A stretch of 35,314 bases of DNA, taken from the NCBI GenBank assembly GCA_039802085.1, contig JBDRVU010000003.1, positions 1 to 35,314 on the forward strand, given 5' to 3'. Source of the stretch: a candidate division WOR-3 bacterium (GTDB taxonomy: Bacteria > Hydrothermota > Tepidihabitantia > Tepidihabitantales > JBDRVQ01). Below the pieces are notes generated by a model. That model was not told the DNA's origin. It saw only the letters and a list, made by a program, of their open reading frames with translations, and searched no databases. Made by a program: the position numbers and the translations under genes. This document shows, piece after piece, positions 18,491-28,019 of this stretch. How positions within the stretch are numbered: position 1 is the first letter of the stretch; every line of letters starts with the position of its first letter.

Positions 18491-19768
18491 GTGAAAAAAG
18501 GCAAACGGCTTTGCTTTGGGTATCATTTTGTTAGCGTGCTCTTTCTCATTTTCTTTTTTATTCTTAACGGATGCCAAAAGCCGGCGCCCAAGGTAAAAAG
18601 GCTTTCGGTTAAAGAAAGGAATTTAAGAGAAGAATGGTCCTCCGGGGAATTTCTCTTTATAAGGGAACTACCACTAAATCTTTATCTTTCCCCGGTGACC
18701 ATTTTGGCTGGCGATTTCTTAGCCAAAGGTGGCAAGGAATTATTGCTCTACGCGGCTTCCCTTCCCAATCTCTATATCCTATCGCCCGGCCTATCTCTCC
18801 TGGAGAAGTTATCGGTCTTCTCTTTCCCGCCTAAAGTATTTTTCCATAACGGAAAAGATATTCTTTATCTGAGTGATGGTAAGGCGATCTTCTTTTTCGG
18901 AAAGAGCCCGAGAGGAAAATTGTCGCGCCTCGCCACTATCCGATTGGGAGATAATAGTTGGTTAAAAGATTTTCTGATCACAGGCAGCGAAGGGAATTTA
19001 ATGCTCTGGACGATAGAAGAGAGGGAAAAAGGTTGCTTCCTTACTTCTTGGACTTTCCCGGATGGCGGATTAAGGTCTGAGGAAAAATTAGAACAAGACC
19101 AACCAACTTTATTACTAACAGGAAGTTCCTCCGGTACCGTTTTCCTTTTAAATGGCGACCGAATAGTTGCCCGGGGGAGGAATAATTGGGAAAGTTCAGT
19201 GGATGGCTTACGGCAGCCGCTTCGCACCGCTTTCTCTGCTGATGGCCGAACTTTCTTTGGTCTTTTTCAGGGGGAAAACAAGAGTCGACTCTACGCCTGG
19301 CGGGTAGCAACCGGCGAGGAGATAAGTCCGAAAATTACTATTCCTCTCTTTAATACCGGTTCGTTCGTTAATGATTTTTACCTGAACGATTTTGATGGTG
19401 ATGGGCAAGAAGAGATCCTCCTTACCTATTCTGGTAAGGAAGGGAGAATAATCATCCTGAAAGAAGGGAAGATAGTAAGTCAAAAAACCTTCCTTCCGCA
19501 CTTTTTCTATTCCCGCATCGTCATCTATCCTCTGGGGGTTTTGAAGACCGAAACCGGAATGGAGATTATAGCAAGTATCCGTTGGGAAGGGGGAAAAACT
19601 CATCCGCAAAGTGGCGAGCTGACGAGTGAAAATTACCTCTATCGTTTATCGCCCCAATTGAAGGTGAAGGAGATTGTTGATTTGGAAGATGTGATTTTAG
19701 CCTGCGCATTTCTGCCCAAGGGACTTTTGCTAGTGGGTGAAAGTTTTACGCTTTACCGATGGGAATAA
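18491..19768 (+). CDS. Putative lipoprotein, beta-propeller with FG-GAP-like motif
   Basis: GTG start at 18491, hydrophobic stretch and lipobox LNG-C; DFDGDGQEEILL motif. Confidence 0.6.
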   Translation: MKKGKRLCFGYHFVSVLFLIFFFILNGCQKPAPKVKRLSVKERNLREEWSSGEFLFIRELPLNLYLSPVTILAGDFLAKGGKELLLYAASLPNLYILSPGLSLLEKLSVFSFPPKVFFHNGKDILYLSDGKAIFFFGKSPRGKLSRLATIRLGDNSWLKDFLITGSEGNLMLWTIEEREKGCFLTSWTFPDGGLRSEEKLEQDQPTLLLTGSSSGTVFLLNGDRIVARGRNNWESSVDGLRQPLRTAFSADGRTFFGLFQGENKSRLYAWRVATGEEISPKITIPLFNTGSFVNDFYLNDFDGDGQEEILLTYSGKEGRIIILKEGKIVSQKTFLPHFFYSRIVIYPLGVLKTETGMEIIASIRWEGGKTHPQSGELTSENYLYRLSPQLKVKEIVDLEDVILACAFLPKGLLLVGESFTLYRWE

Positions 19769-21600
19769 AGCAGAACACGATTTTTCAGAACTCAAAAAAG
19801 AAGGTACTCATTTTGATTTTGGGTTTTGGAACTTTATTCTCGCAATTTTTACCCGTCGGTTCCTTTCTTCTCCCCCAGAAGAATTTTTATCATTTTTTCT
19901 TTCTTAATCTCATCCCGGATAAACCGAAAGAGGTTATCCTTCTTGCTGAAGGAGAAATGGTGATTACCGACCTATCTGGGAAAATCATTGGTCAATACCT
20001 TTTCCCCAAAAAAGTTCTTATCGCTTATCCCTGTTCCACCGTGGCTTATTTAGTAACCGAGGAAGGGCTCTATCGTCTCAGTTTTTTAAATCTGGTCCCA
20101 AAATTGGAGATGATAGAAAGAGAAGAAGTCTTTGCTTCCTTCCCAATTTCCCCTTTTCAGTTCGCGATTCGGACCAAAGAGAAGACAATGGTCTATAATC
20201 TCGCCGAAGGTAGTATTAAAGAACTCTTCTCTCTTCCTTTAAGGGAAGTTAATAGCGGTTGTCGGAGAAGAGAGAAATTCTATCTGGCAGAAAGCGCCGC
20301 GCTTTACGAATTTGACCAGGTAAGCGGGGAATTAAAAAGAATCCTAACCAGTCAAGAAAAAATTCATAGTATCTTTAACCTGGAAGGCATCCTCTACTAT
20401 CTAAAAAGGAGGGGAATGGATTTATACTTGGTAAGATACGAGCCGGACAAAAAGATTCCGGTTAAAAGCATACCGATTGTTGGCCAAAAGGGAAAGACGT
20501 TGATAAGAGAGATCCCCCCTTTTTGCTTCTTAAAAAACAAAGATGATTTATATTTAATCTTCCCTTCGGGATTTAAGAAAAAGATAAGCCAAAGATTGGT
20601 AGATTTAGCCCGGGCGGACTTGAATGGTGATGGCTTAACAGATTGCGCCCTTCTCCTACCGAACCGGGTGGAGATTTTTCTTAATCAGCGTCGGGATTTA
20701 TTAACAAAAAGGGAGAGGGAGGTTGAACATTTTTCTTTGTTAACCCAAAAGGAAGAATGGCGGGAGGCAGAAAGGGCATTTTTAATGGCAAATATCTTTA
20801 ATGACCAGGCGATGGGCGAAGAAACTTCCCTCCGGAAATTGAGAAGAGATACCTATCTCGCCTATTATATCAAAAGATGGACCAAAATCTCCTCTACCCT
20901 TCTCCTGCCTGTCCTACTAATTATTTTTGCTATTTTTCTCCTCCGCCAAACCATTCATAAGAGACGGAGTTTGGCTAAAAGAGAGGTAAGAGAGATTGTC
21001 AATATCGCCTACGAGATAATTACTTTAGACCACAATTTTGTGGTGAAAGGCAATTTGCCTTCCGCCCTCAGGAAGTTGAAGGAGTTATTCAGCCGCTACC
21101 GAATACCCAAAGAGAGATTTTTACCCGATATCTGGGACGAGAAGAATTATAAGGAATTTCTGGCTCACTTTCTCTCTTCCCCTCATCTTCACTCCCTCCG
21201 GAGATTTTTGGAAGAGAGGGTTTTAGAAATCGGCCAATCCTGGGATTGTGTAAAGATCAGCCCAGAGGCGGAAGATGTCCTCTGTTATTTTGATAAGACG
21301 ATGGAGGCGGTCTTTACTCATATCTTCTATGATAATTTTCGCTATGCCCGTACCTTCGCCCAAATTAAGGTCTCTTATCTGGTGCCAACGGAGTGGTCAA
21401 AGAAAGTGAAAATATCCTTTTTCTCCGATGGCGAGGCGATTCCTAATTTAAGAGAAGGTCATTTGGCAGAGGATTTACGCTCTCTCACCTTCCACTACGG
21501 TAATTACATCGCCTACGGCGAGGGGATTGAGAGAGATGAGAAGTTATGGGTAACATTTTTGGATATTGTGGGAATAATTAAAGGGATAATGAAGAGATGA
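19759..21600 (+). CDS. Membrane sensor: extracytoplasmic beta-rich/FG-GAP region, TM helix, degenerate histidine-kinase-like cytoplasmic tail
   Basis: ADLNGDGLTD; TM TLLLPVLLIIFAIFLL; LDHNFVVKGNL (H-box-like); MEAVFTHIFYDNFRYA (N-box-like); FFSDGEAIP (G1-like). Overlaps the start of the receiver-bEBP gene (ATGA). Confidence 0.55.
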   Translation: MGIKQNTIFQNSKKKVLILILGFGTLFSQFLPVGSFLLPQKNFYHFFFLNLIPDKPKEVILLAEGEMVITDLSGKIIGQYLFPKKVLIAYPCSTVAYLVTEEGLYRLSFLNLVPKLEMIEREEVFASFPISPFQFAIRTKEKTMVYNLAEGSIKELFSLPLREVNSGCRRREKFYLAESAALYEFDQVSGELKRILTSQEKIHSIFNLEGILYYLKRRGMDLYLVRYEPDKKIPVKSIPIVGQKGKTLIREIPPFCFLKNKDDLYLIFPSGFKKKISQRLVDLARADLNGDGLTDCALLLPNRVEIFLNQRRDLLTKREREVEHFSLLTQKEEWREAERAFLMANIFNDQAMGEETSLRKLRRDTYLAYYIKRWTKISSTLLLPVLLIIFAIFLLRQTIHKRRSLAKREVREIVNIAYEIITLDHNFVVKGNLPSALRKLKELFSRYRIPKERFLPDIWDEKNYKEFLAHFLSSPHLHSLRRFLEERVLEIGQSWDCVKISPEAEDVLCYFDKTMEAVFTHIFYDNFRYARTFAQIKVSYLVPTEWSKKVKISFFSDGEAIPNLREGHLAEDLRSLTFHYGNYIAYGEGIERDEKLWVTFLDIVGIIKGIMKR

Positions 21601-23159
21601 AACCTTATATCTTAATTTGTGATGATTTAAGAGAAAGTTATATTACCTTAATAGAAAGGATTCGGGATTATGAGGGTGGAAGACTTCTTTCAGAATTTGA
21701 ATTTGTCCACTTCCGAAACGGTAAAGAGATGGTTGATTGGTATAAGAAAAATAAGGGAAAGTTTGTCTCCCTTATTGTTCAGGATATTGATTTCACCCAT
21801 CTTGAGGATGAGGAACTAATCACGCCGCGCGATTTGCATATGGAACTTATTGGTCCCCACGACGTGAAGGCATTACAGGGTTTTTTGATTTTCGTTGGTC
21901 TCCGGCAAATTGATAAAATTGCCCCAGTCTTATTTCTTTCTTTGCGGGTTGGTACTTCTTCCCTGAAGGAATTTTCCAACCTCCTGGTTAGCCCTGGTTA
22001 TGGTCGGGCAACTTTTGTTCCGAGTAATGCGGTGGGTGAAAACTTTTATCCTTCGGTTGTCAAAAAGATTGATTTCTTTGCCCTCCGTCCGGTCCCCGAG
22101 GAGAAAAAACAAAAATGGCAAGAGGATTTCGATTTTGTCATCGGCGACGCCCGGCTGATGAGTTATCTCGTTTGTGAGATTGAAAAGATCGCTCCTTCGG
22201 ATGCTACGGTAATGTTATTAGGAGAACCGGGGGTGGGCAAAGAGTTAGTTGCCCGAATTATCCATCACCTTTCCCTCCGCTTTGACCAAGAAAAGTTAGA
22301 GAAACGAGAGCCTCTAACCGTCAATATTGCCGCCTTAGATTATAACCTAATTGAAGATGAACTCTTTGGCCATGAAAGGGGTGCCTTCACGGGGGCTATC
22401 TTGCCACGGGAAGGAATATTTGAATCGGCGAATAACTCAACCGTCTTTTTGGATGAAATTGGCGAACTATCCTCCGAAATTCAGATTAAACTATTAAGGG
22501 CATTGGAGTACAAAAGGATAAAACGACTGGGTGCCTCTTGGGAGAAAGAGGTTGACATCCGAATTATCGCTGCCACCAATCAGCCATTAGAAAAACTTTC
22601 CTCAACTTTGAGACCAGACTTCTATTCCCGACTTTTCCAACACTGTCTTCTCGTTCCTTCCTTAAAAGAACGATGGTATAATGAGACGCCGGCCGTAATT
22701 GAAAGGGATATTGCTACCTTTGCTGATTTCTTCATCAAAAAGATTTCCGCCACTATGCGGACGAAGAAAGCAATTCCCCTTTCCCAATCGGGTAAGAATT
22801 TTCTTTTTACATTAATTAATGATTACCTCCGGGGAGAGAACTCTTTATTTGAAGGGAATGTCCGGACCCTCCGGAATGTGATTGAGCGGGCATACGAAAG
22901 AGCCTTCGCCGAAGCCGCCAAGGAGATTGACATTGACCACCTCATTCCGACTTTAGGGATGATGCGCTTCGTCCAGAAGAAAGAAGAGAAGGAAGGGGAT
23001 TTAGAAAAAAGTTTTGGTACCTTAAATCTTGAGCTCTTAGAAAAAAAGGCGATTAAAGAGGCACTCGCTAGGACCAATGGTCATATCGGTCGAGCGGCTG
23101 AACTCTTGGGAATTCACCGTGAGACCTTAAGGAAAAAGATTATAGAATATAACTTTTAA
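21597..23159 (+). CDS. Sigma54-dependent activator with atypical N-terminal receiver domain (NtrC-like)
   Basis: ILICDD, LIVQDID and VLFLS receiver elements; [34 protein letters not shown]; C-terminal [23 protein letters not shown]. Confidence 0.88.
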   Translation: MKPYILICDDLRESYITLIERIRDYEGGRLLSEFEFVHFRNGKEMVDWYKKNKGKFVSLIVQDIDFTHLEDEELITPRDLHMELIGPHDVKALQGFLIFVGLRQIDKIAPVLFLSLRVGTSSLKEFSNLLVSPGYGRATFVPSNAVGENFYPSVVKKIDFFALRPVPEEKKQKWQEDFDFVIGDARLMSYLVCEIEKIAPSDATVMLLGEPGVGKELVARIIHHLSLRFDQEKLEKREPLTVNIAALDYNLIEDELFGHERGAFTGAILPREGIFESANNSTVFLDEIGELSSEIQIKLLRALEYKRIKRLGASWEKEVDIRIIAATNQPLEKLSSTLRPDFYSRLFQHCLLVPSLKERWYNETPAVIERDIATFADFFIKKISATMRTKKAIPLSQSGKNFLFTLINDYLRGENSLFEGNVRTLRNVIERAYERAFAEAAKEIDIDHLIPTLGMMRFVQKKEEKEGDLEKSFGTLNLELLEKKAIKEALARTNGHIGRAAELLGIHRETLRKKIIEYNF

Positions 23160-23175
23160 TCATTCTTTCTTTGAC

Positions 23176-24663
23176 TTATTCCCAGGTATCGATCTGTGCT
23201 TTCTGCAAAGAACCGGAGTAGTCAATATAGACGGTTTTTAGTTCGGAGAATATCTCATAGACTGTCCAGCCACCTTCCCGGTGACCATTGCCGGTATCCT
23301 TCACCCCGCCAAAGGGCAGGTGGCATTCCGCACCAATTGTTGGCGCATTGACATAAGTAATTCCCGCTTCAATCTCTGAGATTGCCTTAAATGCCTTATT
23401 CACATCCCGGGTATAGATGGAAGAAGAGAGACCATATCTTGTGCTATTTAAGACGGAAATCGCCTCTGCTAAATCCCGAACCTTAATTACCGAGAGGACC
23501 GGACCAAATATTTCTTCTTGGGCGATTCGCATCTCCGGTTTCACATCAATAAAGATTGTTGGTTCATAAAAATAGCCCTTGGCGCATTCCCCTTCGGTAT
23601 AAGGCTTGCCACCCAAAAGGAGTTTTGCCCCTTCTTTTTTCCCAATCTCCACATAATTATGGACTTGGTTTCTCTGGGTTTCGTTAATTAAAGGACCAAC
23701 GTCGGTATCTTCCTTTAAGCCATTACCCAATTTTAATTTCTTTGTCCTCTCTACTAACATTTCGATAAATTGGTCATGGATTTTTTCTTCCAGTATGAGT
23801 CGGGAGGTAGCGGTGCATCTCTGACCCGTAGTGCCAAAGGCACCCCAGAGTACACCCTCTAAGGCTAAATTCAGGTCCGCATCGGCAAGAACAATCTGAC
23901 CATTCTTCCCGCCTAACTCTAAGGAACAACGTTTTAAGGTTCGGCCGCAGACTTCGGCGATTCTCTTCCCAACCGCCGAAGAACCGGTGAAAGAAATCCC
24001 GGCGACATCCGGATGACTAAGCAAAGCTTCTCCAACTTCGCCACCGCGGCCAAAGACTAAGTTGACGACGCCCTCAGGAATTCCGGCTTCCAATAGAATC
24101 TCAACAAAGAGAAAGGCGGTGGCTGGGGTATCGGTTGCCGGTTTGAAGACAACCGTATTGCCACATAATAAAGCGGGGAATATTTTCCAAGAAGGAATTG
24201 CCAAGGGAAAATTCCAAGGGGTAATAATTCCCCAGACGCCAATCGGTTGACGATAAACGAAGCAAGTTTTATTGGGTAATTCACTGGGGGTGGTAAAAGA
24301 GAATAACCTTCTTCCTTCACCAGCCGCATAAAATGCGGTGTCAATCCCTTCTTGGACATCGCCCCTTGTTTCTTTTAAGACCTTTCCCATCTCCCGGGTC
24401 ATAATCTGAGCAACCTCTTCTTTTTTCTTAAGCATTATCTCACCCGCTTGGCGCAAGATTTCTCCCCTTTTTGGCGCTGGGACCTTTCGCCAGTGTTCGT
24501 ATGCCTTCTTAGCCGCCTGCACCGCTAATTCAACATCTTCTTTACCGGAGGAAGGAAAGATACCAATCACCTCTTCGTAGTTGGCGGGATTGCGGTTTTC
24601 ATAAGTCTTTTTTGTTTTACTTTCCACCCATTTCCCATTAATAAAATTATGATAGTCTCTCAT
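23176..24663 (-). CDS. NAD(P)-dependent aldehyde dehydrogenase
   Basis: ITPWNFP, FTGS, catalytic ELGGKN and GQRCTA, EEIFGP, PFGG. Confidence 0.95.
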   Translation of the reverse strand: MRDYHNFINGKWVESKTKKTYENRNPANYEEVIGIFPSSGKEDVELAVQAAKKAYEHWRKVPAPKRGEILRQAGEIMLKKKEEVAQIMTREMGKVLKETRGDVQEGIDTAFYAAGEGRRLFSFTTPSELPNKTCFVYRQPIGVWGIITPWNFPLAIPSWKIFPALLCGNTVVFKPATDTPATAFLFVEILLEAGIPEGVVNLVFGRGGEVGEALLSHPDVAGISFTGSSAVGKRIAEVCGRTLKRCSLELGGKNGQIVLADADLNLALEGVLWGAFGTTGQRCTATSRLILEEKIHDQFIEMLVERTKKLKLGNGLKEDTDVGPLINETQRNQVHNYVEIGKKEGAKLLLGGKPYTEGECAKGYFYEPTIFIDVKPEMRIAQEEIFGPVLSVIKVRDLAEAISVLNSTRYGLSSSIYTRDVNKAFKAISEIEAGITYVNAPTIGAECHLPFGGVKDTGNGHREGGWTVYEIFSELKTVYIDYSGSLQKAQIDTWE

Positions 24664-24668
24664 GGATT

Positions 24669-24697
24669 AAATTAACAAAAAATCAAGCCGAAGTCAA
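24669..24697 (-). promoter_or_regulatory. Sigma70 promoter (extended -10) of ALDH, leaderless arrangement
   Basis: TTGACT-17 nt-TAATTT with TGn extension; 5 nt to ATG 24663. Confidence 0.5.
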
Positions 24698-24711
24698 TCT
24701 TCTTAAAAGAG

Positions 24712-24729
24712 AAGCAAAAATCGTGCCAA
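24712..24729 (-). promoter_or_regulatory. Sigma54 -24/-12 promoter upstream of ALDH
   Basis: TTGGCACGATTTTTGCTT: GG(24727-24726)-N10-GC(24715-24714). Identical over 19 nt to the promoter at 2364-2382. Confidence 0.85.
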
Positions 24730-25052
24730 AATGAAAAATTTAGAAAAATTGAGCAAAAAATTCACTGAGACATTTTAGGGGGTATTTCCGTTTTTATTAG
24801 ATAGGGCTATGAAGAGGTTAAAAAGGATGGTTAGAAAAATTATTAAGGATTTTGCCTTTTTGGGTGTTATAAATAAAAAGGGGTCATTAAATAATTGGGT
24901 TTTAATCCCATACTTTTTTATATTGTCAGAAGAGAGATTAAGGAGGTGTTATCGGGTAAGTAGTTTTTAACCAAAGACGGAGTTAAATCATAGGACTTTT
25001 ATTAAACAGGAGGGGATTCCCTTTATAAAAAGTGGTGAAGCATACAGGGGAT

Positions 25053-25292
25053 GGTATCAGGGGTCTAACTGAGGGCATAATAGAAGTTCTAATAGCAGGC
25101 GTAATTCCGGATTTAACAGAGGATATAATAGATGTTTTAATGGAGGATATAGTAGAGGGTCTAATAGAGAGGATAATCCGGGGTGTAATCGGGAGCCTAA
25201 CTGATATTCTGATGGGGGGTCTAATCTTGAGTCTAATCAGGGGCGTAATCCGAAGCCGAAATGAGAGTCTAATCGAGAAAGTAGCCAGGAGT
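25053..25292. repeat. Degenerate 12-bp periodic array (NTAAT core on +), about 19-20 units
   Basis: NTAAY or a close variant at nearly every 12-bp step from 25065 to 25281 (e.g. CTAAT at 25089, 25161, 25221, 25233, 25269). Approximate consensus CTAATNGAGGGT; no indels. Confidence 0.85.
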
Positions 25293-25381
25293 GGTAAAGC
25301 ACCTCTTAAAGTAAATAGATTTAGTTAAAAAGTCATCTCCTTAATGAGTTGAAAAACCGCAATTATAGAAAATAACGAAGA

Positions 25382-27844
25382 TTACTTGATGACGATATTT
25401 AGGAGTTTATCTTTTATGTAGATTATTCTCCTTATCTCTTTGCCCGCAGTATAATTCTTCACTTTACTATCTTCTAAGGCTAATTTCTTAATCTCCTCTT
25501 CGGCTGTTCCTAAAGGAACCATAATTTTAGAACGGAGTTTGCCATTGATTTGAATTGGAATCTCAATCTCCGGGAATTTTGTTGCCGATGGGTCATAACT
25601 GGGAAAAGAAACAGAAGAGATAAACTCCTCACCTTTTGCCCTCTCCCATAACTCCTCTGCCAGATGGGGGGCAAAGGGGGAAAGGAGGATAAGGAAGTTA
25701 TAGAGGGAGAATTGAAAAATTTCACTCTCTTTTTCGGAAAAGGCATATAGGTCATTTAAGAATTCCATCAAGGCAGCGATGGCGGTATTGAATTGGAATC
25801 GTTCATTATCTTCCCTCACCTTCTTAATTGTTTGATTCAAACGGATGTAAAGTTCTTTTCCTTGAGGAGAAAGTCTTTCTTTTTTTATACTCGATTTTAT
25901 TTGGTAATTATTCTCTTCAAAAAGGCGATAAATTCGGTTTAAGAAACGTTTCGCTCCGGTGATTAACTCATCCTTCCAATCTAAATCTTTTTCCGGTGGG
26001 GCGGCAAAGAGAATGGCTAAGCGGGCAACATCGGCACCATGCTCTTCTAAGAAAGGGCCAACCCAAACACCATGCCGACGAGAGGAAGACATCACCTTCC
26101 CATTTAGCATTACCATCCCCTGGGTGAAGAGGGAAAGACAAGGCTCATCGTAGGCACAAAGACCTAAGTCATAAAGAAACTTGGTGAAGAAGCGGAAGAA
26201 GATTAAGTGACCACAGGCATGTTCAATCCCTCCAATATATTTGTCAATCGGTAGCCATTCCTTGGTCGCCTCGTAGGTGAAGGGCAATTTTTCATTTCTG
26301 GGGTCTAAATATCTTAAAAAATACCAGGAGGAATCAACAAAGGTATCCATTGTGTCTGGATCGCGTTTCGCCTTACCCCGGCACTTTGGGCAGGTGGTGT
26401 TGATAAACTCTTCCACCCCGGCTAAAACAGATTTTCCTTTCGGTAGATAGTCTTGAACATCTTCGGGGAGCCTGACCGGTAAATCTACTTCGGGCACGGG
26501 CACAATCCCACACCGCTCACAATGAATCATGGGGATTGGGGTTCCCCAATACCTCTGCCTAGAGATGAGCCAATCCCGCAGTCGGTAATTTACCTTTCGC
26601 CGGGCCAAGCCTTTTTCCACTAAATAATCGGTTATTAACTTAATCCCTTCTGGGGAAGGTTTATTGGAAAACGGACCGGAGTTTATCATAATCCCTTCCT
26701 CGGTATATGCCTCGGCCATCTCTTTTTCTTTCAAATCGCAACCAGGAGGTCTAATTACTACTCGGATGGGCAAGTTGTATTTTTTGGCGAACTCAAAATC
26801 TCTTTGGTCATGAGCGGGAACCGCCATTATGCAACCAGTGCCATAAGAACCCAGGACATAATCGGCGATAAAGATTGGTACTTTCTCCCCGTTTAATGGA
26901 TTTTTACAATATCTCCCGATAAAGATGCCTTCTTTCTCTTGCCCAATTGCTTGTCTTTCGATCTCGGACTTCTTTAATATCCGGTCAATAAACTTCCTTA
27001 TTTTCTCTTCTTCTTCTGTTCCGCGGATAAGTTCCTCGGTAATTTCCACATCCGGGGCGATAGCCATAAAGGTAACGCCGTAAAGGGTATCGGGTCGGGT
27101 GGTGAAGATATTTAGAGAATAATTAGTCCCTAAGACCGGAAATGAGACCTCAATTCCTTCACTTCGCCCAATCCAATTCCTCTGCATTATCTTCACATTT
27201 TCCGGCCAACCTTCTAAACGGTCAATCCCTTCCCAAAGTCTTTCCGCATAGGCGGTAATCTTAAAGAACCATTGTTCTAATTTTCTCTTCTCGACAATGG
27301 CGTTACAGGTTCCCCGATAGCACCTTCCGTCAACAACCTGTTCGTTGGCTAAGACCGTTTGACAACCCGGACACCAGTTAACCCATCCACCTTTTCGATA
27401 GGCTAATCCTCTCTCATAGAATTTCAGGAAGAAGTATTGATTCCATTTATAATAGTTTGGGTCAAAGGACCATATCTCTTTTTCCCAATCGTAACTTATT
27501 CCTAAGCGGATTAGATGTTCTTTGGAGATTCTTATATTTTCCTTGGTCCAAGCCTCAGGATGAACCTTATGGATAATCGCCGCGTTCTCCGCGGGTAAAC
27601 CAAAGGCATCCCAGCCGAAAGGATGAAGGACATCTTTACCTTCCTGGCGTTTGGTCCGAGCGACGACATCGCCGATCACATAGTTTTTAATATGACCCAT
27701 ATGCAAATCGCCCGAAGGGTAGGCGTACATCACTAAACAATAATACTTATTTTTTGGGTGGGAAGGGGTTAAAAAGACCTCGCGTTCTTTCCATTTCTTC
27801 TGCCATTTCTTTTCTAAGCTATTAAAATCATAATCTAACTTCAT
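25382..27844 (-). CDS. leuS: Leucine--tRNA ligase
   Basis: YPSGDLHMGH, GWDAFGLPAENAA, FTTRPDT editing domain, RDWLISRQRYWG, DTFVDSSWY, C-terminal QINGKLR. Confidence 0.97.
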   Translation of the reverse strand: MKLDYDFNSLEKKWQKKWKEREVFLTPSHPKNKYYCLVMYAYPSGDLHMGHIKNYVIGDVVARTKRQEGKDVLHPFGWDAFGLPAENAAIIHKVHPEAWTKENIRISKEHLIRLGISYDWEKEIWSFDPNYYKWNQYFFLKFYERGLAYRKGGWVNWCPGCQTVLANEQVVDGRCYRGTCNAIVEKRKLEQWFFKITAYAERLWEGIDRLEGWPENVKIMQRNWIGRSEGIEVSFPVLGTNYSLNIFTTRPDTLYGVTFMAIAPDVEITEELIRGTEEEEKIRKFIDRILKKSEIERQAIGQEKEGIFIGRYCKNPLNGEKVPIFIADYVLGSYGTGCIMAVPAHDQRDFEFAKKYNLPIRVVIRPPGCDLKEKEMAEAYTEEGIMINSGPFSNKPSPEGIKLITDYLVEKGLARRKVNYRLRDWLISRQRYWGTPIPMIHCERCGIVPVPEVDLPVRLPEDVQDYLPKGKSVLAGVEEFINTTCPKCRGKAKRDPDTMDTFVDSSWYFLRYLDPRNEKLPFTYEATKEWLPIDKYIGGIEHACGHLIFFRFFTKFLYDLGLCAYDEPCLSLFTQGMVMLNGKVMSSSRRHGVWVGPFLEEHGADVARLAILFAAPPEKDLDWKDELITGAKRFLNRIYRLFEENNYQIKSSIKKERLSPQGKELYIRLNQTIKKVREDNERFQFNTAIAALMEFLNDLYAFSEKESEIFQFSLYNFLILLSPFAPHLAEELWERAKGEEFISSVSFPSYDPSATKFPEIEIPIQINGKLRSKIMVPLGTAEEEIKKLALEDSKVKNYTAGKEIRRIIYIKDKLLNIVIK

Positions 27845-27854
27845 AAGTTAGTTG

Positions 27855-27882
27855 ATTATAAGGAAAAAAGAGAAAAAGTAAA
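27855..27882 (-). promoter_or_regulatory. Sigma70 promoter of leuS, very short or no leader
   Basis: TTTACT-16 nt-TATAAT, 10 nt to ATG 27844; no SD. Confidence 0.55.
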
Positions 27883-27884
27883 GA

Positions 27885-27921
27885 TGCCAAAAAAAATGGC
27901 AATTTTCCAAAAAATTTGGCA
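27885..27921. promoter_or_regulatory. Tandem palindromic bEBP enhancer sites
   Basis: TGCCA-N7-TGGCA (27885-27901) and TTCCA-N7-TGGCA (27905-27921), 20 bp apart, centred about -127 and -107 from the predicted +1 at 28020. Confidence 0.65.
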
Positions 27922-27993
27922 AAGAATTAAAAGGGAGGCATACCTTTCTAAATAAGACTTCAATTTTCAATGCCTTAGCATCGTTTAATAAAT

Positions 27994-28009
27994 CGGCACA
28001 CTTTTTGCT
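27994..28009 (+). promoter_or_regulatory. Sigma54 -24/-12 promoter
   Basis: CGGCACACTTTTTGCT: GG(27995-27996)-N10-GC(28007-28008); predicted +1 at 28020. Confidence 0.8.
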
Positions 28010-28019
28010 ATGTTTTGCG

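Noticed and set aside
25053-25292. CRISPR array interpretation of the periodic repeats
   Set aside because: The period is 12 bp with a 4-5 bp core, far below CRISPR repeat/spacer sizes, and there are no cas genes in the window.
25032-25328. 98-aa ORF with 4-residue periodicity as a real protein
   Set aside because: No well-spaced RBS, codon choice locked to NTA, and the sister array at 6455-6622 has no start codon. Treated as a by-product of the DNA repeat, though not excluded.
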